A DNA stretch of 64,000 nucleotides from Candidatus Ozemobacteraceae bacterium (GCA_965140445.1 OZ223236.1:576001-640000); one strand, 5' to 3'; positions 48,393-57,965 are shown, counted from the first letter of the stretch. Translations and numbers: made by a program. The notes: generated by a model from the sequence alone, not told the origin.

Positions 48393-49208
48393 ATGAAAAA
48401 TTTTCAAAAGTATGTTTTGATAGCTTTTATATTTTTTGTTTTCACTTCATTTGCTAGAAATGCCTATTGCCAGACAACTATTCAAGAAAGCGAAATTATT
48501 GATTTAAACTCAATTCCCGGTAATAAGGAATTTAGCATTTCCAGAAGTTTCTTTTCCAGGCTTCAACTTATTAATGATTTTTCAAAAAATTGCTTTAATA
48601 ATTGCTCTAAGAGTTATTGGCATCGACCCACTCCTGATATCCTTTACAGGCTGGAAAAAGGAGATGAAAAGATCCTGAAAGATCTGCCTTATGGCTTCGA
48701 AAAATTCGTTATCATGGCACAATTGAAAAAAAATCTGTTATTGCTGAAAACCACTAATGGTGAAGCAAGCTGCGATGGGAACCTGGCTCATATAGTGCTT
48801 CTAAATACTGATAGACGAGAATACTCAATCCTATTCGATTATCATCCTCCTACATCTGGGGGGGTGGGTTGTGCTTTTTCAAAAGATAATCAGTGGTTAC
48901 TGATATTTGAAAAGTTTTATGGAAAGAATTTTGCGCCGGCAAATAATTGCATGAGTGAGTTTTTATGCTTGTACAGATTTTCAGATGAAACAATGGAGCC
49001 AGTAAAGGTTGAGATAAATCAGGAAAAAATCGCTGCCAGCATAAAACAATACTTATCCAGGAATCATATTTTGGAAGATGATTATTTGAGTCTGAACCAG
49101 GTTGAATTTGAAAGCTCCAGGGGCAAGATTATTCTTAAATTAGTTCCTAAGGAAAATAGAGCCCGCTTTTGTCAGGTCTACATCAATGTAGATAAAAAAA
49201 TGCATTAA
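48393..49208 (+). CDS. secreted hypothetical protein
   Basis: Signal peptide-like N-terminus, several Cys, RBS AGGGGA. Confidence 0.75.
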   Translation: MKNFQKYVLIAFIFFVFTSFARNAYCQTTIQESEIIDLNSIPGNKEFSISRSFFSRLQLINDFSKNCFNNCSKSYWHRPTPDILYRLEKGDEKILKDLPYGFEKFVIMAQLKKNLLLLKTTNGEASCDGNLAHIVLLNTDRREYSILFDYHPPTSGGVGCAFSKDNQWLLIFEKFYGKNFAPANNCMSEFLCLYRFSDETMEPVKVEINQEKIAASIKQYLSRNHILEDDYLSLNQVEFESSRGKIILKLVPKENRARFCQVYINVDKKMH

Positions 49209-49371
49209 ACAAATCTCATCCTCTATGGCAAGAAGGATGGAGAAGTAAACTTAAAACAAGCACAAATGCGGAAATCAAAATTCCAGAACTACCATTATTG
49301 GTAATTAAATGTTGAGTCGGCTGAGTTGGAGTTGGTTAGTTCTAATAGCCAGAAAAATTCAGTGGATATTT

Positions 49372-50664
49372 TTATGGAATTACAGTCCAGCAAGCATTTG
49401 GAGGCTGAATGTTTGTATTATACCAGTTCGCTCTATAGTGAATGCCGAGGTAGTAGCATTCGTCGTTAGTGTTATAAATGTTATAGTCTCGCCATTGATC
49501 TGTTAGTTCTTGCCATGCAGAGCCAATAACGCCAGGCTGGTTGTTTGAGTTTGCGAAACGAGCCTCAAATTGTGCTCCAGCATAGGTTACAATGTCACCT
49601 GGGTTATAAGAGTTGATTGCTCGCCACTCACTGGTAATTTCATTCCAGGAACTATCACTACCTGGCACTGACGTGGTGTAGTATTTGGCCTGAAAAAGGT
49701 CTCCGTTGTAGTAAACATAGTCTCCTGTGTTATAAGGGCTGCCAGCAGGATAAGTAACGTATGTGTAAGGTGATGAATAGGTTACGGCGGCGGTTGTATC
49801 AGCAGCAATCACAAATGAATATTCGTTAGAAACTAGACTGGCCTTTTGATCTACTCCAGCAACCGTAAATGTATCAATAACCTGCCAGATATCCGGTGTC
49901 AGTGTTATAGTTACCGTCGTTCCTGTGGGTATTGATCCTGCTGCGGGCAATGAAGTTATGTCTGTGCCGCTTAGTGTGAGCGTGACGTTTACACTGGCAG
50001 GAGCATATGTCACAGCAACATTGGTATCAGAGGTAATATTAAATGAATAGGTATTTCCAACCAGAGATGCTTTTTGATCAGTACCGTTCACGGTGAACGT
50101 ATCTACGACCTGTCCGCCTGGAGGAGAAACTGTTACGCTTACAGCAGTGTTTGCTGAAATTGGTCCTGGTGCGGGAACAGAAGATATATTAGTCCCTGTA
50201 AGAGTCAGAACATATGTGGTTGGCGGAGTTGGTGGAGAGGAAGAACCATCGAAAATAGCTCTTACAGCACAAATTTGTTTTCCCCCATGTGCGTTTCCGC
50301 CAAATTCATAAGTGATCCAGATTCTATCAGAATCTTTCACATGATAAACATTTTGCTCGGCAACATTACTAACCTGAACTTGCAATGCGGCCTTTCCGTC
50401 AGAAGCATCAACGATCATTTCTCTAATGCCTCTCGTCAGATATTTATTTTGAAGTTCTTCCAGAGAAGTTGGATAGGTTAGATTTTCTTTGAAATACATT
50501 CCAATAGCTTCTTGGATGTTTTTTTCATTAATTTTTACGGTGTTATATCTTGCGTCTTCCAGAGAATCCATAAAGTAACTGTGGACAGTCATAGCAAGAA
50601 CCGAAATTATGGTTACAACGATAATTGTTTCAACTAAGGTAAAGGCTTTTTTGCTGTAATTCAT
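49372..50664 (-). CDS. prepilin-type N-methylation (GspG-like) protein with two Ig-like repeats and three CBM5/12-like carbohydrate-binding modules
   Basis: KKA|FTLVE cleavage motif, YPTSLEEL, two ~75-aa T/V-rich repeats, three YNxxDxVxYxGxxF/YxA...W modules. Confidence 0.85.
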   Translation of the reverse strand: MNYSKKAFTLVETIIVVTIISVLAMTVHSYFMDSLEDARYNTVKINEKNIQEAIGMYFKENLTYPTSLEELQNKYLTRGIREMIVDASDGKAALQVQVSNVAEQNVYHVKDSDRIWITYEFGGNAHGGKQICAVRAIFDGSSSPPTPPTTYVLTLTGTNISSVPAPGPISANTAVSVTVSPPGGQVVDTFTVNGTDQKASLVGNTYSFNITSDTNVAVTYAPASVNVTLTLSGTDITSLPAAGSIPTGTTVTITLTPDIWQVIDTFTVAGVDQKASLVSNEYSFVIAADTTAAVTYSSPYTYVTYPAGSPYNTGDYVYYNGDLFQAKYYTTSVPGSDSSWNEITSEWRAINSYNPGDIVTYAGAQFEARFANSNNQPGVIGSAWQELTDQWRDYNIYNTNDECYYLGIHYRANWYNTNIQPPNACWTVIP

Positions 50665-50915
50665 TGATTTATTCCATTGATTAATTATTGTGCTCTTGTG
50701 TCTTTACACTTTGATTATAATTTTTTTCTCAAGATTTGGGAAATTTTGAAATTACAGTAAAAACCAGAAAAAAATTGAAAATGGCAACTGCCAAACGACA
50801 TGTTATGACGCATTAAACCCCTAGGATATTAAACGTATGATTCGTATTAGAAAAATAGAGGAATGAATAATCAAGAGGCATAAAATCAAAGCGGTTTTTT
50901 TAAAAGGAGAGATAA

Positions 50916-51269
50916 ATGGCACTTTTTTTGGAGAACAAACTTGGCTCTCGCTTGTTAGGAATGGCTATTGTTGCACTCTTTATGCTACTTTTTAAAATGA
51001 ACAAGGGGGCAGAACGGATGGCCGAGGTTTCTGCAAGATTTACTCTTGATGCGATGCCAATAAAGGTAATGGCAATTGATGCAGATTTAAACCATGGCAA
51101 AATAGATAAAGAGGAAGCCCAAAAAAGGCGACTTCTACTAGAGGAAGAGTGCAAGTTAATTTGTGCAAAATATGAAGCGAGTAAGGCCAGGGCTAATTAC
51201 ATCGTTCTAGCTTTGATTGCTACTGTTGTTGCTTTCATCATTTCATGCATGAGTAAAGCAAAAGCTTAG
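50916..51269 (+). CDS. stand-alone FHIPEP (FlhA/SctV) fragment protein, 117 aa
   Basis: KGAERMAEVSARFTLDAMPIKVMAIDADLNHGKID..EAQKRR between two TM helices; own RBS AAGGAG. Confidence 0.8.
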   Translation: MALFLENKLGSRLLGMAIVALFMLLFKMNKGAERMAEVSARFTLDAMPIKVMAIDADLNHGKIDKEEAQKRRLLLEEECKLICAKYEASKARANYIVLALIATVVAFIISCMSKAKA

Positions 51270-51406
51270 GTAAAACAAAATAAAAATATCTTCAATTAGC
51301 TAATTGATTAGTTAAATGAACTAATCAATACTGAAAAAGCAGTTTTCGCAAAATTTAAAAGTTGCTGGTAGACTTAGCAATAGATTTTACAGAGGTATAA
51401 TTAATT

Positions 51407-53512
51407 ATGAAAAATCGTAGCGCTAAGTCTTTTTGCTTTTTGAAGGTATTGATCTGGCTTGTTTTAGTTTTTGCTGGCCATATTGTTAGTGCTGCGAATA
51501 TAGGGATATACCCCGGAAGCTTTGATCCAATACATACCGGGCACCTGGAAGTTGCTCGCTCAGCTCTCATAAAGCTTAAGCTTGATGCGGTTTATCTTAT
51601 GCCAAATGGTACAAACCCAAGAAAGCCAAATATGAGCCCTATTAAGGCGCGTGCAGAGATTATTAAGGCCGCGCTGAAAGAGCAGAATTTAGAACAGATA
51701 AAGCTTTTTCCGGTTGAGAAAATTGAAGAGTCGGCTCAGGCCGGCGATCCAAAAGATGCGCCAGTTAGAATTCTTGAGCTTGCAAGAAAAAGTTTTCCCA
51801 AAGATTGTATCTATCAAATTCTGGGGACCGATTCTGTTTTTAAGGTTCTTCAGGGATCGGGATACAAAAGGATTAATAGAAACTGGCGCCTGGCAGTCTG
51901 CAATCGGCCAGGAATTAAAGCAGAAAAGATAGAAAAAGCTGAACATTTAAAACGAATGGGACTGGTTAAATATTTTGATAGTTTTTCTGATCAGGTGATT
52001 TCTTCATCGGCTATACGAAAAGCCTGTAAGAGCGGAGATTTAGATTTTTTAAGATCTGTGTTGCCTGAAAGCGCTTATAAAGAGATTGTGAGGCAGGGTG
52101 CTCATGGTCTGGATAAAACCTCTCAGTGGCTTGAAGAATTACTCAAATTCGATTGGGATACTATTCCAACAGACAATTATCCAAGATCTGAGCCAATAAT
52201 GATTAATCAGAGTTATCAAAAGTCTCCAGAGTTTGGTAGCTTTGAAGTTTCTCGCCACAATCCTTTGTCAGAGGCAATAGACGTAGATTTTTCTGGCTCT
52301 CATTCATTGGGAGATTTACGTATGTATCTTACCGAGAGACTTACGCCTGTAGGAATGCAGATATTAGCTAATCCAGAAGTTGAAGTAATGATATTTCAGG
52401 GTGGGCAAAAACAGCTTTCAAATTGGCTGTCTGCACATGAGATTTTTAAAGGAATAAGAGTTACTCGAAATCGCACATACATAACAATGGGTATTCATCT
52501 GGTCAAAAAAGCGGATGGAAAATTTCTGGCAATAATAGATGAAGTTTACGGCCTGGACAGAATGAGACATACTCAATCTCTGGTTTCTGCTGCTTTAGCT
52601 CTTGGTGGTCGCGATAAAACAAATTTCTATACCATGTCTGAAACCCATGAAAAAGCTTCGGCAAAAATGAGGCAGACTTATTCTCAAAATTTACAGCCTG
52701 TTATTCCGGGGACCATTGACGCAGTAATAATTGGTTTTCATTGGAAAATCATTAATAGCCTTGAGCAGAGACATTCATTGTTTAAAATGACTAATAATAA
52801 AATTGCTCTGACAAATGGCAAAATTGCTCATGATTGGAGAAGAAGGATTCTTAGCTTAAATAGCAAGGTTGATTGGCACTCATGGCCACGTAGATATTTC
52901 CCAAGGCAGGATATTCCGTTCTCTTATCTGGCATTTAAAAATGCTCAGGGGAAAGCTGTTAATATTCTTCTGTGCCGTAACGTCTATGGAGACCAGCTAG
53001 AATCACTTTTAGATGTTCTGATCATTGAAAAAAAGATTCGCAAAATTATCTTATTCGGTAATGCGGGTGGATTGGCTGCTGATGCTGCTGTTGGCGATAG
53101 GTATTTTCCCGATGAAGTTAGAAGATTTAACACTTCATGGACCCCTGTTAAAAATGGCCTGATAAGCCAATACAAAGGATCGGGAGGTTTTAAAACTGGA
53201 AGAATTTTTTCTGTATTCTCTCCTGTAATAGAAAGCAATGCTTTTATTGCAGATTTAAAGAGCCAAAATGCAGATCTGGTAGATGTTGAGAATGGTTACA
53301 TTCCTGATTTTTATAAAAAATTCGAGCAGGAAAAAGTGGATATTGCATCAGTAGTTGTTGTTTCTGATGTGCCAGGGTCCCACGAAACTCTTGCGCATCT
53401 TAAAGAAAACGAAAAACAGATGGGCGAATCCATTACCCAATGCATTGACGCTATAATAAAGTATCTTGGCGTTGTCGGTCCAAGCAAACATCCCTTTCCA
53501 ATTGCTAATTGA
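51407..53512 (+). CDS. signal peptide + NadD-like nucleotidyltransferase fused to a C-terminal nucleoside phosphorylase-like domain
   Basis: GIYPGSFDPIHTGH, ILGTDS, ISSSAIR; C-terminal LFGNAGGL...VGD, LVDVE, VVSD. Confidence 0.8.
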   Translation: MKNRSAKSFCFLKVLIWLVLVFAGHIVSAANIGIYPGSFDPIHTGHLEVARSALIKLKLDAVYLMPNGTNPRKPNMSPIKARAEIIKAALKEQNLEQIKLFPVEKIEESAQAGDPKDAPVRILELARKSFPKDCIYQILGTDSVFKVLQGSGYKRINRNWRLAVCNRPGIKAEKIEKAEHLKRMGLVKYFDSFSDQVISSSAIRKACKSGDLDFLRSVLPESAYKEIVRQGAHGLDKTSQWLEELLKFDWDTIPTDNYPRSEPIMINQSYQKSPEFGSFEVSRHNPLSEAIDVDFSGSHSLGDLRMYLTERLTPVGMQILANPEVEVMIFQGGQKQLSNWLSAHEIFKGIRVTRNRTYITMGIHLVKKADGKFLAIIDEVYGLDRMRHTQSLVSAALALGGRDKTNFYTMSETHEKASAKMRQTYSQNLQPVIPGTIDAVIIGFHWKIINSLEQRHSLFKMTNNKIALTNGKIAHDWRRRILSLNSKVDWHSWPRRYFPRQDIPFSYLAFKNAQGKAVNILLCRNVYGDQLESLLDVLIIEKKIRKIILFGNAGGLAADAAVGDRYFPDEVRRFNTSWTPVKNGLISQYKGSGGFKTGRIFSVFSPVIESNAFIADLKSQNADLVDVENGYIPDFYKKFEQEKVDIASVVVVSDVPGSHETLAHLKENEKQMGESITQCIDAIIKYLGVVGPSKHPFPIAN

Positions 53513-53586
53513 AGTAGGTAAGGCGAAATTTAAAGCTGCAATTTATATACTGTTCTTTTGTGTGACTAAGTGTTACTATTCGCCAT

Positions 53587-54756
53587 ATGAAGAACAAGAC
53601 CTTTCAAAGGGATAAAGTTTTAACAATTTCGTTTGGTCATCTTGCGCATGATACCTATTCGTCATTTCTTGGGCCTTTGCTTCCGGAGTTGATTAGTAAA
53701 CTTGGCATAAGCCTTGTTGCTGCAGGATTTTTGGATGTAATAAGACGAATTCCTTCAATCCTTACCCCTCTTGTTGGATTTATTGCCGACAGTGTAAGTT
53801 TAAAATATCTGACCATTCTGACTCCTTCATTGACAGCTATTTGCATGAGCTTGCTTGGTATTGCTCCAAATTATATGGTTCTCGCTTTGCTACTTTTTGT
53901 AACAGGAATCAGTGCGGCCCTTTTCCATATTCCTTCTCCAGTAATTATTAGTCGGGTTTCTGGCAAAAAGGTTTCTACTGGAATGGGTTTTTACATGTTC
54001 GGGGGCGAAATGGCCAGAACTCTTGGCCCTTTGCTTATAACAGCTGCAGTTTCATATTGGGGTCTGGAAGGATCAGTCAGGGTTATGCCTCTCGGATTTA
54101 TTGCATCCGCATTGTTGTATATAAAATTAAAAGATTTTGATTTTTCTAATAAGGACAGGCAAAAAAAAGACCTGGAAAGCGTCAAAATTACTTTTAAAAA
54201 GCTATTGCCTTTCTTTTTTAAGATATTCATTTTTCTGGCTTTTGGTGCGGGCTTAAAAATAGCCTTAACTGTCTTTTTAACTACTTTTTTGATCCATGAA
54301 GGAGACAGTTTCTGGCAAGCGGGAATTAATCTCTCGATATTGCAGCTTTCTGGAGCTTTCAGCACTATCTTTGCTGGAATGTTGGCTGAAAAAATTTCCT
54401 GCAGAAATACACTTTTGATTTCATCCTTGGGAACGCCTTTGATGATGATTTTTTTTATAAATTTTCCAGAGTATAGGATTTTGTCACTTACATTACTGGG
54501 AATGTTTATTTTTATACCGGGTCCGGTAATTCTTACCATGGTCCAAAAATCGAGTTTTGAACGGCCAGCATTTGTTAATAGCGTTTATATGACTATAAAC
54601 TTTTCCATTAGTGCAGTTATGGCAATGCTTGTGGGCTATGTTGGAGATATAACAAGCCTGGCAAAGACCTATGAAATTTTTACCTGGGTTTCTCTATTGG
54701 CAATCCCGGTGGTGTTTATGTTTAAATCTGGCAATGAAAGCTCATCTATCCGATAG
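53587..54756 (+). CDS. MFS transporter (Fsr-like)
   Basis: GHLAHDTY, PLVGFIAD, ALFHIPS, GGEMARTLGPL; about 12 TM segments. Confidence 0.9.
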   Translation: MKNKTFQRDKVLTISFGHLAHDTYSSFLGPLLPELISKLGISLVAAGFLDVIRRIPSILTPLVGFIADSVSLKYLTILTPSLTAICMSLLGIAPNYMVLALLLFVTGISAALFHIPSPVIISRVSGKKVSTGMGFYMFGGEMARTLGPLLITAAVSYWGLEGSVRVMPLGFIASALLYIKLKDFDFSNKDRQKKDLESVKITFKKLLPFFFKIFIFLAFGAGLKIALTVFLTTFLIHEGDSFWQAGINLSILQLSGAFSTIFAGMLAEKISCRNTLLISSLGTPLMMIFFINFPEYRILSLTLLGMFIFIPGPVILTMVQKSSFERPAFVNSVYMTINFSISAVMAMLVGYVGDITSLAKTYEIFTWVSLLAIPVVFMFKSGNESSSIR

Positions 54757-54837
54757 CAGCGAAGTTTTGGAATTGATAAATTCATGGTTCCCACTTTTTA
54801 AACCATTGCTCGTTTTAAAATAATTAAAAAAAAATTC

Positions 54838-55023
54838 TATCCGCTGGTACGTACTCCAGATTCTTTATGTTTATCTTTGTTTGTTTTTGTCCGTCAATGT
54901 CCGTTAAAGCCTGAAAAATAAAGGTTAACAAAACATCATCTTCGGTCGAAAAAGTTTATGGATTTGTTTGCCTCCTTATTTTTCAGTCCGGGTCATTTTT
55001 TATGAGCCCGGTCTTTTTTTTTT
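54838..55023 (+). ncRNA. putative structured sRNA locus, copy 2
   Basis: Same layout as 47507-47689 at offset 7331; terminator CCGGGTCAT..ATGAGCCCGG + T-tract. Confidence 0.6.
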
Positions 55024-55217
55024 CATCAAACCTCGTTTGATGAAAAAAACGTTTAATAACAGCGGCACAAGAATATTCATGTTAAAAAGAGCACAATTCG
55101 TGCTGGTCGTGCCAGATTATCTTATGTTTGAAGGCATCTTAAATTTATAAGTTATTATTATTTCAGTTACCCGTATACAGATATTGAATAAAGCATAATT
55201 TAAGGAGCACTACTTTT

Positions 55218-55544
55218 ATGTCTTCAAGCCAGGAAACAGTGGATTTCATAGTTGATCAGATTGAAAACTGTGGTGATGTATATGCCAGAAAAATGTTTGG
55301 CGAGTATGCTCTATATTGTGGAGTTAAGGTCGTGGGACTTATTTGCGATGATCAGCTATTCATAAAGCCAACCAAAGAAGGAGAAGCTTTTGTGGGGGCA
55401 GTGGAAAAGGGTGCCGCGTATCCGGGAGCCAAGCCGAGTTTTATTATTCCTGGCGATAAATGGGAAGATCGCGAGTGGCTCAGTGAGCTGATAAGAATTA
55501 CCGAGGGGGGCTTGCCACTTCCTAAGCCTAAAAAGAAGAAGTGA
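55218..55544 (+). CDS. TfoX/Sxy N-terminal domain protein
   Basis: RKMFGEYALY...LICDDQLFIKPT...YPGAKP...LPLPKPKK. Confidence 0.9.
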   Translation: MSSSQETVDFIVDQIENCGDVYARKMFGEYALYCGVKVVGLICDDQLFIKPTKEGEAFVGAVEKGAAYPGAKPSFIIPGDKWEDREWLSELIRITEGGLPLPKPKKKK

Positions 55545-55630
55545 AATTAAATATTTGAATAATCTTTCTTTGATCCTTTTAACTAGAAAACATATTTATT
55601 TAAATCGGCGTTTATCGCCAGTAGGAGAAG

Positions 55631-56218
55631 ATGTCTGTGAATAAAAAATGGATGATTTTTGTGCATTAGGCTTGGTTGCGCTTCTTTTAATTTTTCCAAT
55701 GACTTACAGGCATTTTATGGGGAAAAAATTGTTGATGGCTTTTACATAAATCTTACGCTGCCAGAAATCTGGCCAGAATATCTCATCTTCTTCGTGCAAT
55801 CAGTATTTATAGCTTTGTGGATAAAAGGCCTAACTTGGGAATCAATATCTGTTATGGCATGATTGTGTTTGGACAGGTGCATGCTCGCGGAAATGAAGGT
55901 TGGAAAACAACGGTTAAAAGCAATTTTGGTATTCTAGCATGTTCTTTTGGTCTTGAATCCCTTGCAGTTGACTTGTTCTATGGGGAAATTCCAGAAAGTG
56001 CGGAATCCAAAATTTTTTCTAAAGTAAAAGAGTTAAAAGCCACGTTCATAAGTTGGAAAGAAGTGGTCAGGGGAGAGTTTGAAAAAGCAGATTTCGAAAG
56101 CCTTGGATTTCCAAAAGATCCACTGCTGGGTGGGGAGCTAAGTTTCAAGCAATTTAACAAAAACAATTTAAGTTTTTCATTTGGCGAGGACAAAACAGAA
56201 GTTATCGAATTTCGCTAA
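55631..56218 (+). pseudogene. possibly frameshifted hypothetical membrane-anchored protein
   Basis: RBS AGGAG + ATG at 55631 is in frame with ORF 55817-56218 but interrupted by stops; an open TM-like segment lies in another frame between two T-runs. Confidence 0.4.
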
Positions 56219-57312
56219 ATCTCAAATTGCTCAATGATCTTGCCCCCGCTGTCAAAGGTTTCTACTAAAACCCTCTCAAGAGTAATTCTAAGCTGCAAAA
56301 AGTGGCTACCATTAAATGTAAATACCGAATAGGGGTTCTTGTTCAGATCTGCTGGAACCTGAAAAGGTGCGCCACCACCACCTGTAACAATGTAGGTGAC
56401 CCCATTTTTGACGCTGCGCTCGTACATGTGATTATGGGCTGAAAATACACAGTTTACTCTGTATTTTTCAAAAATAGGGACCAGCTTATTGATCAACTCA
56501 TCGTTACAGCCATAATTACCAGAAGAAAACGGTGGTATGTGCAAACACACAAATCTCCATGTAACCTTCTTGCTTTCAGCTTCTTTCAAAGTTTTTTCCA
56601 AAAATGGAATCTGCAAATCCAACTTTTCTGAGCAGACGCTGGTCTCATTAACCCCATTCCATCCCGTTTCAAGCATTACAAAAAGTGCATTATAATACTC
56701 GAACTTATACCAGCTATCAGAACCTGATTGGGCGGATGAACCAAAAAAGAGCTGATTAAAAATCTGCGGGTCCACATCATGATTGCCCCTTATCGGCAAG
56801 AATGGCAGTTTTCGCAGCAAGGGGGCCTCAATCGCAAAAAAATTGTCCCAGTTATCAAAGCGCTCTCCCCGATCAACCAGGTCGCCTGCATTAATGTAAA
56901 ACTCTGGTTCAGGGAAGGTTCTGGCCATAGCTTCTACTATAAGTTTGTGCTCGCCGTTGTTGGTAATCAGCGCCGGTTCCTGATCATCTCCACGTGTGTC
57001 TCCGTAGACAAGAAAACTCCAGCTTTCAACAGAATTTTGCGCAGTTCTAAAACTATAAGGGCCACTTCTAGTTGTGCCATTTGAATCCTGGATCTGAATA
57101 AAATATTCATACTTGGTTCCTGGTGCCAGTTCGGACAACTCCAGAGAATGAAAAATCCCGTTGGACTTAACTGCCGATTTTTTTATTGTTTCGCTAATCA
57201 GAGCACAGCGGGCGGGTGAAAAGGTAGCCCACTTTATGCTGGCACGATTTTTTGTCACCAATCCAGTAATTGGACCCCATCTGATTAACTCTATTTTTTT
57301 CAAGTGTTCCAT
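56215..57312 (-). CDS. purple acid phosphatase-like metallophosphoesterase with FN3-like N-terminal domain
   Basis: LAPGTKYEY, YGDTR, GDLV, RGNHD, HIPPFS, SAHNHMYER, VTGGGG. Confidence 0.9.
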   Translation of the reverse strand: MEHLKKIELIRWGPITGLVTKNRASIKWATFSPARCALISETIKKSAVKSNGIFHSLELSELAPGTKYEYFIQIQDSNGTTRSGPYSFRTAQNSVESWSFLVYGDTRGDDQEPALITNNGEHKLIVEAMARTFPEPEFYINAGDLVDRGERFDNWDNFFAIEAPLLRKLPFLPIRGNHDVDPQIFNQLFFGSSAQSGSDSWYKFEYYNALFVMLETGWNGVNETSVCSEKLDLQIPFLEKTLKEAESKKVTWRFVCLHIPPFSSGNYGCNDELINKLVPIFEKYRVNCVFSAHNHMYERSVKNGVTYIVTGGGGAPFQVPADLNKNPYSVFTFNGSHFLQLRITLERVLVETFDSGGKIIEQFEI

Positions 57313-57321
57313 TAATAAGCC

Positions 57322-57720
57322 TTAAAAGCCATGAAAATCAACGTATGCGGTAAATGCGTATTTGCAACTCGGAAAATTATTTGCTTTTGAATTTAGCTGC
57401 CTAAATTTTTCAATGTTTTCTTTTTCGCTTTTCAAATGAGCAATAGCTAGATTTTCATAGTATTCTCTGAAATTCAGCTTATGCTTTGTCAGCCACTTTA
57501 ATGCTTCTTTACTCCGATTTAAGTCCAGTAATAATGCCCCATAGTTTATTAAGATTGCTGGACTTTTGTTTCCTTTTTCAATTGAAGATTTTAACTCTTT
57601 CAGCAATTTGGAAAGCATTGAGGAATCAAGGCCGTCTTTCCAGATCTTCGAATACATTTCATATGAGTTTTGTTCGCTAATCACATTGATGCCCCATGGT
57701 ATTTTCTCTGTCACCTGCAT
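57322..57720 (-). CDS. hypothetical protein, TPR-like
   Basis: ILINYGALLLDLNRSKEAL...YYENLAIA. Confidence 0.6.
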   Translation of the reverse strand: MQVTEKIPWGINVISEQNSYEMYSKIWKDGLDSSMLSKLLKELKSSIEKGNKSPAILINYGALLLDLNRSKEALKWLTKHKLNFREYYENLAIAHLKSEKENIEKFRQLNSKANNFPSCKYAFTAYVDFHGF

Positions 57721-57908
57721 AAAAGAAGACTGAATCTTTCAAAGACCACTTATCTCTCAATAGTGGTTTAGCACAGGATTTGTCTAGAAATATACCAAAA
57801 TATAAAAAATAGTTTTACTGCCAAAATTTTTCCTTAAAATTGACAAATTTTAAGCGCTTTCGGAATGTAAAAAATCGAAAACCCATATTTTGCGGGGTTT
57901 TGAGATGT

Positions 57909-57924
57909 TGGCACGAGATTTGCA
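57909..57924 (+). promoter_or_regulatory. sigma54 promoter
   Basis: TGGCACGAGATTTGCA matches TGGCACG-N4-TTGCW exactly, about 40 nt before the ATG at 57966. Confidence 0.85.
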
Positions 57925-57965
57925 TAATTGGCGGAACAAGTTTTCAAATATAAGGGGATAAGAAA

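Noticed and set aside
47507..55023. Composite transposon or prophage bounded by the direct repeats
   Set aside because: No transposase, integrase or phage genes lie between the copies, and the copies diverge in a pattern that preserves motifs and structure.
54968..55150. 60-aa ORF within the second sRNA copy
   Set aside because: It crosses the terminator, and its reading frame is not preserved in copy 1.
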